Under the pieces are notes generated by a model. The model did not search any database. It was not told where the DNA came from and saw nothing but the letters and a program-made list of their open reading frames with translations. Made by a program: the position numbers and the translations under genes. A stretch of DNA of 64,000 bases. Origin: Bdellovibrionales bacterium (GTDB lineage Bacteria; Bdellovibrionota; Bdellovibrionia; Bdellovibrionales; JAMPXM01). Positions 1-9,028 of the stretch are shown piece after piece. The first letter of the stretch is position 1. Each line of letters opens with the position of its first letter. The stretch lies in the NCBI GenBank assembly GCA_043739185.1, contig JAYUEN010000029.1, positions 1-64,000 of the forward strand, written 5' to 3'.

Positions 1-1212
1 GTGAAGGTTCACCACCTCTTCATCGATGATAACCTCTTTCACGTTCTGTTTGGAAGGAATTTCGAACATTATATCCATCATTGAACTTTCTAACACGCCC
101 CTTAAACCACGAGCTCCGGTCTTACGAATGAGTGCTTGTTTGGCAACTGCCTTCAAAGCTCCCTCCGTAAATTTGAGCTCAACTTTTTCATATCCAAATA
201 GTTTTTGATACTGTTTGGTTAAAGCATTTTTAGGCTTCACTAAGATATCAATGAGTGCTTGCTCTTCAAGCGGATCGAGTACTGCTACCACTGGCAAGCG
301 ACCAATAAACTCAGGAATCAGCCCATACTTCACAAGATCATCTGGCTCTGTAAACTGTAGAACGTTGATGTCCTTAGACTTTTCGGAAGTCGTTTTAATA
401 TCGGCAGTAATTCCTAGAGCTTTATTAGATCTACGGTTTTCAACAACTTTATCCAGACCGACAAAGGCGCCGCCCACAATAAACAGGATGTTGGTCGTGT
501 CGACCTGAATGAACTCTTGTTGTGGGTGCTTTCTTCCCCCTTTGGGCGGGAGATTTGCCACAGTACCTTCTAATATTTTAAGCAGGGCCTGTTGAACACC
601 TTCACCACTCACATCGCGAGTGATACTTGGATTTTCTGATTTACGGGTGATTTTATCGATCTCGTCGACATAAATAACCCCCTTCTGACATTTTTCTACA
701 TCGTAGTCTGCCGCTTGTAGTAAATTCAGAACCACATTCTCGACGTCTTCACCAACATAGCCCGCTTCAGTCAAAGTCGTTGCATCGGCCATCGCAAAAG
801 GCACATTTAATACTTTAGCAATGGTTTGCGCGAGCAAAGTTTTTCCGGAACCAGTCGGACCGATCAAGAGAATATTGCTCTTCTGAAGTTCAATATCGTC
901 CTTTTTTCCGCCCAAGGCATTGACTCTCTTATAGTGATTGTGAACCGCAACTGAAAGTGCACGTTTCGCACGTTCCTGACCAATAACGAAATCATCTAGA
1001 TGGCTCTTAATATCAATTGGCTTTGGCACTTTGAGCGTTGGACGAGTATGATCTTCGCGGTCCCGCTCTTCGGCAATAATGTCATTACAGAGTTCAATAC
1101 ATTCATCACAAATGTAAACCCCTGGGCCGGCAATCAATTTTTTTACTTCGTTCTGGCTTTTTCCACAAAAACTACAACGCAAAAGTCCTGAGCCAATTTC
1201 TTTTTTATTCAT
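1..1212 (-). CDS. clpX: ATP-dependent Clp protease ATPase subunit ClpX (3' end outside window)
   Basis: Absent from the ORF track. Hand translation from ATG 1212 gives [42 protein letters not shown] (C4 zinc finger), then Walker A GPTGSGKT and Walker B IYVDEIDK. Overlaps the clpP stop. Confidence 0.97.
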   Translation of the reverse strand, partial: MNKKEIGSGLLRCSFCGKSQNEVKKLIAGPGVYICDECIELCNDIIAEERDREDHTRPTLKVPKPIDIKSHLDDFVIGQERAKRALSVAVHNHYKRVNALGGKKDDIELQKSNILLIGPTGSGKTLLAQTIAKVLNVPFAMADATTLTEAGYVGEDVENVVLNLLQAADYDVEKCQKGVIYVDEIDKITRKSENPSITRDVSGEGVQQALLKILEGTVANLPPKGGRKHPQQEFIQVDTTNILFIVGGAFVGLDKVVENRRSNKALGITADIKTTSEKSKDINVLQFTEPDDLVKYGLIPEFIGRLPVVAVLDPLEEQALIDILVKPKNALTKQYQKLFGYEKVELKFTEGALKAVAKQALIRKTGARGLRGVLESSMMDIMFEIPSKQNVKEVIIDEEVVNLH

Positions 1213-1834
1213 TTGCTTTTCCTTTGTCGGCTGCATTTCCGGTGCCTTTGCGGAACTTAATAACTTGATCAACAATTCCAAAATCAACAGCTTCAGCTGC
1301 GCTCATATAATGATCGCGATCCATTCTCTCGTCTAATAGTGCATGTCCCTTGCCAGTGTGGTTGGCATAAATTTCGGTCATGCGCTTTTTGGTATTGATC
1401 ATTTCACGAGCGTGAATTTCGATATCACTCGCTTGCCCTGTCAATCCTCCCATTATATGGGGTTGATGGATCATAACTCGAGCATGTGGAAGTGCAAATC
1501 TCTTGCCCTTCGTGCCCGCGGCTAACAAAAGTGAACCCATGCTGGCCGCCAGCCCGATGCAGATGGTAGCAACATCACATTTCACAAACTGCATAATATC
1601 GTAGATTCCTAAGCCAGAAGAAACTGAGCCTCCCGGGCTGTTGATGTAGAGTTGAATATCTTTATCAGGATTGTCGGCTTCAAGAAAAAGCATTTGAGCA
1701 ATAACAATATTGGCAATATCATCATTGATCGCCGTACCGAGCATGATAATTCTGTCTTTTAAAAGACGAGAGTAGATATCGTAACTACGTTCACCGCGAG
1801 AAGTTTGTTCGACCACCATTGGAATTAACGGCAC
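1205..1834 (-). CDS. clpP: ATP-dependent Clp protease proteolytic subunit
   Basis: [23 protein letters not shown], catalytic AASMG and MIHQP motifs. Confidence 0.97.
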   Translation of the reverse strand: MPLIPMVVEQTSRGERSYDIYSRLLKDRIIMLGTAINDDIANIVIAQMLFLEADNPDKDIQLYINSPGGSVSSGLGIYDIMQFVKCDVATICIGLAASMGSLLLAAGTKGKRFALPHARVMIHQPHIMGGLTGQASDIEIHAREMINTKKRMTEIYANHTGKGHALLDERMDRDHYMSAAEAVDFGIVDQVIKFRKGTGNAADKGKANE

Positions 1835-2096
1835 TTTTGCATCCCCTTGTTGACATTGAAAACAATTATCAAAAACTCACGCACTCTCTTTAGAAAAACC
1901 GCAATCCTAGAATGCTTATCTTCGACAAATCCCTGCGGTTTCTCTTCGGCATATTGGAAGCCTACTTTAAAGACTATTTAGATCCCGTCAAAAAAATAAA
2001 TTATGTTAAATTTGCGTCGCAAATATTGCGGCAGTTTGAGACAAAATTTCTTGGGCTAGGTGCGAAAAAAAGTGAAATGGAACAGCATAAAGGCTT

Positions 2097-2120
2097 TTAT
2101 CGGCGATTGGGCTGTGCTAG
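2097..2120 (-). promoter_or_regulatory. Possible sigma28-like promoter facing clpP
   Basis: GCCGATAA on the minus strand (2104-2097); the -35 element is weak (CTAG). Confidence 0.3.
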
Positions 2121-2148
2121 GACTAAAGGCTCGTTAAATTAGAGGAGA

Positions 2149-3696
2149 GTGTCAAAAATGAAATTAGAAATCAAAAAATCTTCTTTGGAGAATTTAGGGG
2201 TTGATACCTTAGTTGTATTTGCTTCAAAACAACCCGTGTCCAAAGCTAAAAAGCCAAATTCAAAAAAGGATGCGGCGCCACATGTTCATATAACCGGAGT
2301 GAGCAAAGCTATTCATTCTAAAATCGATTCAGCAGTCGAGCAGGGTGCGTTTTCTGGCGCAAATAATGAGTGTGTATTTTTTAGAGACGCCCATCTCTCT
2401 GGCGCAAAACATTTGCTTATCGTGGGTCTAGGCTTTGAGAAAAATTTTGATCATGAGATTTTGCGTCAAGCGGCTGCAAGTGCTTTAGGAAATTTAAAAG
2501 CACAAAAATCTAAAACTGCGGCAATCGCTTTTGATTCGCTCCCACATAATTCACTTAGTGGAGATGTGATCACACAAGCTTTGACTGAAGGATTTCTTTT
2601 AAGCGACTACAGCTTTACTGACTTTAAGAAAAAAACTGAAAATGGCACCAATGTCGAAAAGATTTTAATTGTATGTTCCGGAAAATCAAAAAGCTTTTCG
2701 AAGGGCATTGAACTCGGCACCGTCTTAGCAGAATGTCAAAATTTTGCTCGTTGGTTAGGAGATCGCCCAGGCAATCGTATGACACCATCAAATTTGGCTG
2801 ACGAGGCAGTAAAAGCTGCAAAGGGCACCAAACTTAAAGTTAATGTTTGGGATAAAGCTCGTATCAAAGCTGAAAAAATGGGTTCCTTCTTAAGTGTTTC
2901 ACTTGGAAGTTCAGAAGAACCCAAATTTATTATCATGGAATATAGTGGCGCGAGCTCTTCTAAAAAACCAATTTGTTTAGTTGGCAAGGGTCTCACTTTT
3001 GACTCGGGTGGAATTAGCATCAAACCAAGTGCTGCCATGGAAGAAATGAAATACGATATGTGCGGTGGTGCTGCGGTCATCGCAAGTATGATTGCAATCG
3101 CTAAATTAAAATTGAAAGTAAATGTCATCGGCCTTGTGCCTGCGACGGAAAATATGCCAGGTCCAGCTGCAAATAAGCCAGGTGATATTGTGATTGCGAG
3201 AAACGGCAAATCAATTGAAGTTAATAATACCGATGCTGAAGGTCGCCTGATTTTAAACGACGCTCTGGTTTATGCTTGCGAACAAGATCCGGCATTAATT
3301 TGTGATATCGCAACTCTCACAGGCGCCATGGTAGTTGCTCTCGGTAATATTCATACCGGATTTTTCACGCGCAATAATAAATTGGCTGAAAAAGTTGAAG
3401 ATGCCGCAACTACGACTGGCGAATTGGTTTGGCGTATGCCGCTCACCGATCTGCACGTTAAAGATATGAAGGGAACTTACGCTGATCTTTCAAATATAAG
3501 CTCAGGAAAAGGTGCTGGCTCAGCTACCGCAGCAGCCTTTTTAGAGCAATTTGTAGACTCTGAAATTCCTTGGGTTCATTTCGACATTGCGGGCACAGGC
3601 TGGCATTGTGGAGATCGCCTTTCTTACGCTCCAAAACGTGGAGCCACCGGAGTTATGGTTCGAACATTTGTACAATTGGCAATCAATCATTCATAG
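2149..3696 (+). CDS. pepA: Leucyl aminopeptidase (M17); start may be ATG 2158
   Basis: VGKGLTFDSGG, MKYDMCG and NTDAEGRL metal-binding motifs. Confidence 0.95.
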   Translation: MSKMKLEIKKSSLENLGVDTLVVFASKQPVSKAKKPNSKKDAAPHVHITGVSKAIHSKIDSAVEQGAFSGANNECVFFRDAHLSGAKHLLIVGLGFEKNFDHEILRQAAASALGNLKAQKSKTAAIAFDSLPHNSLSGDVITQALTEGFLLSDYSFTDFKKKTENGTNVEKILIVCSGKSKSFSKGIELGTVLAECQNFARWLGDRPGNRMTPSNLADEAVKAAKGTKLKVNVWDKARIKAEKMGSFLSVSLGSSEEPKFIIMEYSGASSSKKPICLVGKGLTFDSGGISIKPSAAMEEMKYDMCGGAAVIASMIAIAKLKLKVNVIGLVPATENMPGPAANKPGDIVIARNGKSIEVNNTDAEGRLILNDALVYACEQDPALICDIATLTGAMVVALGNIHTGFFTRNNKLAEKVEDAATTTGELVWRMPLTDLHVKDMKGTYADLSNISSGKGAGSATAAAFLEQFVDSEIPWVHFDIAGTGWHCGDRLSYAPKRGATGVMVRTFVQLAINHS

Positions 3697-3704
3697 GAGG
3701 AAAT

Positions 3705-4121
3705 ATGAAAGCGTTATTACTGGTTAGTGGATTTTGTTTTTTAGCAATGACAAGCTTTTCAGCACAGGCAGCGGATGCTCTACCAAAAGGATCGAAAGTG
3801 GGCTTTGTATCGCCAAAAGATGGCGCCACTGTCACCGCAAAATTTACTGCTAAATTTAGTGTTGATGGACTTAAAATTGAAAAAGCTGGCGCCGTAAAGC
3901 CCGGCACCGGCCATCATCATTTGATCATTGACGGCCCCGGCACTCCCGCGGGACAAATTGTTGAAAAGGATTCAACTCATATGCACTATGGCAATGGCCA
4001 AACTGAGGCAGAATTAACTCTTACTCCTGGCAAACATACTTTGACTCTTCAGTTTGCTGATGGCGCTCATATGTCCTACGGTCCTGAAATGTCGAAGACC
4101 ATCACGATTACAGTAAAATAA
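3705..4121 (+). CDS. Secreted DUF4399-family protein
   Basis: AGGAGG RBS before ATG 3705, signal peptide, GHHHLIID / HYGNGQTE / PGKHTLTLQFADGAH motifs. Confidence 0.8.
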   Translation: MKALLLVSGFCFLAMTSFSAQAADALPKGSKVGFVSPKDGATVTAKFTAKFSVDGLKIEKAGAVKPGTGHHHLIIDGPGTPAGQIVEKDSTHMHYGNGQTEAELTLTPGKHTLTLQFADGAHMSYGPEMSKTITITVK

Positions 4122-4128
4122 GGAATTC

Positions 4129-4200
4129 GGGGGCCGGCACACTGTGGTCGGTCAACTGAAACGGCGACCGCTAACCGATTCGGTAGCGGCTGCCTTGGAT
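4129..4200 (+). repeat. Structured GC-rich intergenic element, copy A
   Basis: GGGCCGGCA...AACTGAAACGGCGACCGCT...GCGGCTGCCTTGGAT; shares blocks with 4926-4997 and 14694-14780 and contains two hairpins. Confidence 0.7.
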
Positions 4201-4206
4201 CACTGC

Positions 4207-4503
4207 TCACTTCATCTTAGTCAATTTATAAATCATCCCGCCCAATTGATCTGCCAATTTAAATGATTCTTTTTGCTCAAGTATCGTCAATAAGCTTTGC
4301 ACCTCTTTCAGTGAAGCATACGAAATTGAGTAAAATCTTGCTCGCTCTTTTGAGCTTGGCCGTGCTGATCCTTCGCTTAAATTTAAAACAACACTTAGGC
4401 TTGCCCTTTCAAGCTGATCTTTGAGATAGGCCTTCGCCTTAATGTGTTCGCATCTTTTGTAAAGCTCAAGTGCCATTTGGTACGAACGAAAATCTTTCAA
4501 CAT
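4207..4503 (-). CDS. Four-helix-bundle protein (23S rRNA IVS-protein / TIGR02436 / Avd-like), copy 1
   Basis: 98 aa from ATG 4503; FRSYQMALELY...LKDQLERASLSVVLNLSEGSAR...RFYSISYASLKE family signature. Confidence 0.9.
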   Translation of the reverse strand: MLKDFRSYQMALELYKRCEHIKAKAYLKDQLERASLSVVLNLSEGSARPSSKERARFYSISYASLKEVQSLLTILEQKESFKLADQLGGMIYKLTKMK

Positions 4504-4504
4504 A

Positions 4505-4613
4505 TTTGTATCCTTTCGGTTTTCGCAAATTCGATTTTGAATTTCGCGGTTTCGCTTGCGACTAAGAACCGCGAAATTCAAAATCGAATTTGCGAAAACC
4601 GAAAGGATACAAA
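4505..4613. repeat. Perfect 47-bp inverted repeat (4505-4551 / 4567-4613) with 15-nt spacer
   Basis: TTTGTATCCTTTCGGTTTTCGCAAATTCGATTTTGAATTTCGCGGTT and its exact reverse complement, checked base by base. Confidence 0.97.
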
Positions 4614-4910
4614 ATGCTAGAGAATTTTAGAAGTTACCAAATGGCACTTGAGCTTTACAAGAAATGCCGAACACAGAAATTGCCAAGATTCCTCAAAGAC
4701 CAGCTTGAAAGGGCCTCAAGTAGCATTGTCTTAAATCTAAGTGAGGGCTCCGCCCGAACTTCGAAAAAAGAGCGAGCAAGATTTTATGTGATTGCATTTG
4801 CTTCGCTTCGTGAGGTGCAAGCTTTAATTGAGATGGAGGAAAGCCTTAAAGATTTGTTTCCAATTGCAGATAAATTGGGTGCGCATTTGTATAAACTGAC
4901 GCGAAATTAA
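4614..4910 (+). CDS. Four-helix-bundle protein (IVS/Avd-like), copy 2
   Basis: 98 aa from ATG 4614; same signature; about 63 of 98 residues identical to copy 1 by manual alignment. Confidence 0.9.
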   Translation: MLENFRSYQMALELYKKCRTQKLPRFLKDQLERASSSIVLNLSEGSARTSKKERARFYVIAFASLREVQALIEMEESLKDLFPIADKLGAHLYKLTRN

Positions 4911-4925
4911 GAAAGAGAAACATCA

Positions 4926-4997
4926 GGGCCCGGCAAACGGGCCGCTGATAACTGAGACCGAAACGGCCAACCGCTGCGGCTGCCAGCTGCCTTGGAT
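4926..4997 (+). repeat. Structured GC-rich intergenic element, copy B
   Basis: GGGCCCGGCAAAC...AACTGAGACCGAAACGGCCAACCGCTGCGGCTGCCAGCTGCCTTGGAT; same orientation as copy A. Confidence 0.7.
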
Positions 4998-5007
4998 TTT
5001 AGATTTG

Positions 5008-5787
5008 TTACCACTTCATCGAAATCGGAATCGATGTAATATCCTTGATCTCATGCTCATCCACTTCAATACCATCGCCGGGATGATTGTCTCGCAAGAG
5101 CTTAACTGATTTTAAAACCCAATTCTTTGGCCAACTTTGACCCATATTTTCAAAATGAAAACTGACGCTGGATTGATCATAGTTGAGATCCATATCTGAG
5201 GGTCGCTCATTTAAAATTTTATTCACTGGAATACTAATTAAGGAAATCTTGTTTAAGTCAGCGCTCACTTTGCAGGGCCCTTCTACTCGCAGAGTGGGAA
5301 TTTCTCCACTGGCAGCAATGCCTTCCGCCTTAAAAGTTAAAGTTACCCGCTCATAGAAGTCACACGCGAAAATCCTTCGATTCCCTTCGCCTTTGGTCAC
5401 AAAATGCCCAAGCTCAATCGAGACTCTTCCATTTTCATTTGTAATATTAGCTTCTTCAATCAGTCGTCTTTGTGAACGCATTTTGAGAGCGCTACCTTCG
5501 AGTTGAGAAAAATCAAAAACTTTACGAATGGCCGCAGGATTACGATTTTTTTCAAGAATTTGAGAATTTGAGATGAAGATCACGCCGTCCCAAGATTGCA
5601 TTTGAGAATACACTCCAAAGAGTGCGGCAAAACCAAAAATTATGAGTGAAAAAAGAATCTTATTTTTCAAAACCTCTCCACAAGAGACATCGTTCTCCCT
5701 ATGGCTATTATCGGCATTTTGGGAACAGACCCTTAGAAAGCACTTAAAAAAAACTGTCTCGGCTTGAGACAGTTTGAAATTCAGCAC
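5008..5787 (-). CDS. Hypothetical membrane-anchored protein (true start probably the TTG near 5670 after GGAGAGG)
   Basis: Long ORF with an N-terminal hydrophobic segment; the ORF's 5' extension overlaps a terminator and a promoter motif. Confidence 0.7.
   Translation of the reverse strand: MLNFKLSQAETVFFKCFLRVCSQNADNSHRENDVSCGEVLKNKILFSLIIFGFAALFGVYSQMQSWDGVIFISNSQILEKNRNPAAIRKVFDFSQLEGSALKMRSQRRLIEEANITNENGRVSIELGHFVTKGEGNRRIFACDFYERVTLTFKAEGIAASGEIPTLRVEGPCKVSADLNKISLISIPVNKILNERPSDMDLNYDQSSVSFHFENMGQSWPKNWVLKSVKLLRDNHPGDGIEVDEHEIKDITSIPISMKW
5708..5735 (-). promoter_or_regulatory. Sigma28-like promoter
   Basis: TAAG-N16-GCCGATAA on the minus strand, just upstream of the likely start. 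Confidence 0.45.
5745..5775 (-). terminator. Intrinsic terminator after gshA
   Basis: AAACTGTCTC/GAGACAGTTT 10-bp stem followed by a U-tract on the minus strand. Confidence 0.75.
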
Positions 5788-5798
5788 TGGACTTCAAT

Positions 5799-7043
5799 TC
5801 ATTTGAGATAAGACTTATAGTTTACTTTCATAAATTCAGTTTCTCGACCAATGGCCAGCAAACCCAGTCGCGCGACACAACCATAAACATTTTCAAGTGG
5901 ATGCTCCTCGACACTTATATTTAAGTCTGAAACACAAAGTCTTTTGTAGATTGCGCCCGGACTATTTAAACTTTCAGTTTCATCTTTATCGGCGTGTGTT
6001 CTTAAAAAGCCGCCAGCAAGCTTACAACCTATTAGGTAGATCGCAGGCTCTGCGGTGATACCTTCTGCACGCGTGATCGACGGAACGCCCTCTTGAATAA
6101 TCACTTCCTCAACATCGCGTCCGCCCTTTGCGGCCTTCATCTTTTTACGAGATTTATAATTAAAATTTCGTACTTCGTTAGCAGAAGCAACTTTGACTAC
6201 ACCCAATCCGTAAGTTCCCGAATTATTTTTAATAAATACAAAGGGCTCACCGGCGATTTGAAATTTTCGATATTTCTCTTTGATTCGGGCGAGCATTTCA
6301 TCAACCTTTTGCGCCAATTGCTCCTTACTTTGATCGTCCGCTAAATCAAAGTGCGAATACAGCTCGGTTTCAACTGTTAAATTCCAGGGATCTATATCAA
6401 TTAGCTTTGCAAACTCAGTGGCAATCTCATTGTAAAATTTAAAATAATTACTTTTCTTTCTTTGGTACCAGCCCAATTCTCTCGGCGGGTTCATCGGACT
6501 CAATATCTCAGCGCCCCATTCCGCATAATACTCTGAAAAATCATTGTTGCTCACAATGAGGTCACTTTCAAATTCACATGCCGTAATTTTTTGATTTTCA
6601 AAATAGGCCGGACATACACCCAGCCGCTCGCCAGCCGCCGTTTGCATTTCAAGGGCCCCACTATTCTTGGCCCGAGGAATAGCGATTTGCACATTGAGAT
6701 CAGCTTCTGTCATAATCTTTTTTAACGAGGCAATATTAGACCAATAGTAAGGATTGTTGGTATGTTCTTCGGTTAGCAAAAGAATTTTTCGAACCGCTTT
6801 GCCATAGTGGCGGTCAATATAATAGCGCATCAATTCCGGCGCATGTTCTTGATCGGTTGGGCAAATATTATTAAAGCCCGCCGGATAAATATTGGCATCT
6901 ACATTTGTAATTTTGAAGCCGGAGTCACGAATATCGTAGCTCGAATAAATTGGTACCTGATAGGTATCACGCTTCGACCGAAACCAAACTTCAACTTCTT
7001 TCATTTTATTTACAATTTTTTGGTGAATTTCTTCTTTTATCAT
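5799..7043 (-). CDS. gshA: Glutamate--cysteine ligase, GshA (PF08886-type)
   Basis: PIYSSYDIRDSGFK..VDANIYPAGFNN, KNNSGTYGLG, IIQEGV and ESLNSPG motifs. Confidence 0.85.
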   Translation of the reverse strand: MIKEEIHQKIVNKMKEVEVWFRSKRDTYQVPIYSSYDIRDSGFKITNVDANIYPAGFNNICPTDQEHAPELMRYYIDRHYGKAVRKILLLTEEHTNNPYYWSNIASLKKIMTEADLNVQIAIPRAKNSGALEMQTAAGERLGVCPAYFENQKITACEFESDLIVSNNDFSEYYAEWGAEILSPMNPPRELGWYQRKKSNYFKFYNEIATEFAKLIDIDPWNLTVETELYSHFDLADDQSKEQLAQKVDEMLARIKEKYRKFQIAGEPFVFIKNNSGTYGLGVVKVASANEVRNFNYKSRKKMKAAKGGRDVEEVIIQEGVPSITRAEGITAEPAIYLIGCKLAGGFLRTHADKDETESLNSPGAIYKRLCVSDLNISVEEHPLENVYGCVARLGLLAIGRETEFMKVNYKSYLK

Positions 7044-7057
7044 AAATTCCTAACTTT

Positions 7058-7837
7058 TCATTTATACTTTGTTTGAATTTGATTTAAAAAAATTTGGTCT
7101 CGACTGACTAAATCTGCTGCACCAGCCACACTTGCCGCAAATAAAATGAGATTGAGTCCTGGCACCCACATCAAAAGCCCAATAGAAAGTGCAAAACCAA
7201 AGAACTGCGGCAAATGCGTGAAAAAATAATTTATCCTTTGAGAAAGACCTAAATTCAGGAGGTCCAAAGAATAGTCCGTCGAATCGTAGGCCATTATCAT
7301 AAAAAATCCGAATGCTGCCACGACATTTATCACTGGTACGAAAGAGAAAACAAATAAGATGACACCGATAACTGCGAAAACAAAAACCTCAATTAGATTC
7401 ACGGCGGTCGTGCGAAAGCTCAAAAATATCCAATGAGCAATTGAAAGTGACTCGGCTTTTTTAACACCGCGAATTTTGAATACTTGATTGGCCAGCAAGC
7501 CATAAAAAGGTGACGCCAATAACTTGGTCATTAAAAATAGCAAATAGACACTCGCAAGAAGCATTGCCAAAACGACCAAGAGCACTAAGCTACTAACAAA
7601 AAATTGCATGAAAAAATTCTGAGAGGTAAATCCTAGTGTGTGAACAAAAAAGTCCTCAAAATATTGGTGAATCGGCCCATAGTGAGGAAATACATAACTG
7701 AAAAACCCAATAAGTGAAAGAACTCCCAGCAAGATCGGAGTACCTGCAATGGCCATCGTTTTTTTAGAACCGAACAAGAGTCCGATTCCTCTAAAACTGG
7801 CCAAAAATCCATTTAAAAAATCCTTAAACATTTGCAA
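7058..7837 (-). CDS. EI24/CysZ-like membrane protein
   Basis: Multi-TM protein with ASPFYGLLA and FVPVIN motifs. Confidence 0.7.
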   Translation of the reverse strand: MQMFKDFLNGFLASFRGIGLLFGSKKTMAIAGTPILLGVLSLIGFFSYVFPHYGPIHQYFEDFFVHTLGFTSQNFFMQFFVSSLVLLVVLAMLLASVYLLFLMTKLLASPFYGLLANQVFKIRGVKKAESLSIAHWIFLSFRTTAVNLIEVFVFAVIGVILFVFSFVPVINVVAAFGFFMIMAYDSTDYSLDLLNLGLSQRINYFFTHLPQFFGFALSIGLLMWVPGLNLILFAASVAGAADLVSRDQIFLNQIQTKYK

Positions 7838-7843
7838 GCCTAC

Positions 7844-9028
7844 CTAAAGATTGGGGTCTTTTTTTTCAATTGAAACCGGAGATTTTTTGGACTCGTCAAC
7901 AGTCGGCTTCGTCACTTTGTGTTGCTCGATGTAATCCTGTTCAAGAATTGAATTCGGCTTGACCACTTTACCCTGTAAATGATGTTGGTGCGCCTTCGAA
8001 CTGTCTGTCACTTCTTGGCCAATCTTGGCTTGATTTAAAATTTTCATCACCTTTTCTTTGGTTTTGGCCACACTCGCAAATATTTGACGTGTGAGTAAAT
8101 TTTGATTGGGTAAGTCAGGCCGCTCATAGATTTTCATTTCATCTAAAACGCGATAAAATTCTTGCGCAAGCTCCCACTGTTTTTCTTGAGCCAATCGAGC
8201 CGCCGAAATCGGATCCTCTTCGTTTTTAAGTAGCCTAGATTTTGCAATGACATCTAGAGTCCTCGCATAGGTATTTATCAACTCTTGAGAGGATTTTTGC
8301 GACCAGCCTGTTTCACCAATTTCAGACGCTTCAAGTAAGTAAACTTGAGCTTTTGCTAACGGGCGCAAAACACTTGCAACATCTTCAAATGCCATTTTTC
8401 TCAAAGAAACCTCACCCATATAATAGAGGGTGCGCGGTAACCATTCTGGAATTTTATTATTTTGAATTTCTCGCTTCAACAAACGCACGCCATCTTCGGC
8501 CTGAGTATAGTAAACTCTGGCTTGTTCAAAATTGCCAAGGGCAGCAAAGGCTCCTGCTATGCGCGCAGGAATTTCAGCGGTCGCCACTTCCCGAGAGAAA
8601 TATTGTTTTCGCTGATAACTGTCGAGTAAACTAGCCAGCGCATTGATGCGATCACCAAGCGCTTCATAGGAAAAAGACAATTGGTAAAAGGCTTGAGCTT
8701 GTAGCTCCGGAGCGTGGCCACTCGTTTGAGTCGCCACCAATCTCAATTGATCAACCGAATCTGCATACATTTTGAGTCCAAAAAAACTTCTCGCCAAATT
8801 AAAATGGGCGAGTTGAGAATATGGCGTGGTGGGCTCTCGCACTAAAAATTTTTCATATAGAAGTTTGGCCTCTTCAAATTTTTCATTTTCTAGAGCTTGA
8901 GTCGCCTCAGCATAAAGTTTTGGAGTTTGATGATTGATCTGCCTTAAACTTGGATCCTGCAAAAACTCATAGGACCTATGCAGCGAACCGCATCCAGACA
9001 AAAGAATGATGAATACAAAAAATCTCAT
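7844..9028 (-). CDS. TPR lipoprotein (BamD/YfiO-like N-terminus)
   Basis: Lipobox LSGC followed by TPR helices (EPTTPYSQLAHFNLARS). Confidence 0.7.
   Translation of the reverse strand: MRFFVFIILLSGCGSLHRSYEFLQDPSLRQINHQTPKLYAEATQALENEKFEEAKLLYEKFLVREPTTPYSQLAHFNLARSFFGLKMYADSVDQLRLVATQTSGHAPELQAQAFYQLSFSYEALGDRINALASLLDSYQRKQYFSREVATAEIPARIAGAFAALGNFEQARVYYTQAEDGVRLLKREIQNNKIPEWLPRTLYYMGEVSLRKMAFEDVASVLRPLAKAQVYLLEASEIGETGWSQKSSQELINTYARTLDVIAKSRLLKNEEDPISAARLAQEKQWELAQEFYRVLDEMKIYERPDLPNQNLLTRQIFASVAKTKEKVMKILNQAKIGQEVTDSSKAHQHHLQGKVVKPNSILEQDYIEQHKVTKPTVDESKKSPVSIEKKDPNL

Noticed and set aside
1912..2142. 76-aa ORF between clpP and pepA
   Set aside because: No RBS or recognisable motif; occupies the divergent promoter region
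4504..4613. ORF-track N-terminal extensions of both four-helix-bundle genes
   Set aside because: The extensions run through the inverted repeat; AAGGA RBS sites support ATG 4503 and ATG 4614
4207..4910. Diversity-generating retroelement suggested by Avd-like genes
   Set aside because: No reverse transcriptase and no TR/VR pair with adenine-specific mismatches in the window
4926..4997. c-di-GMP-I riboswitch suggested by GGCAAAC
   Set aside because: The remaining consensus is missing, and the element lies between convergent 3' ends
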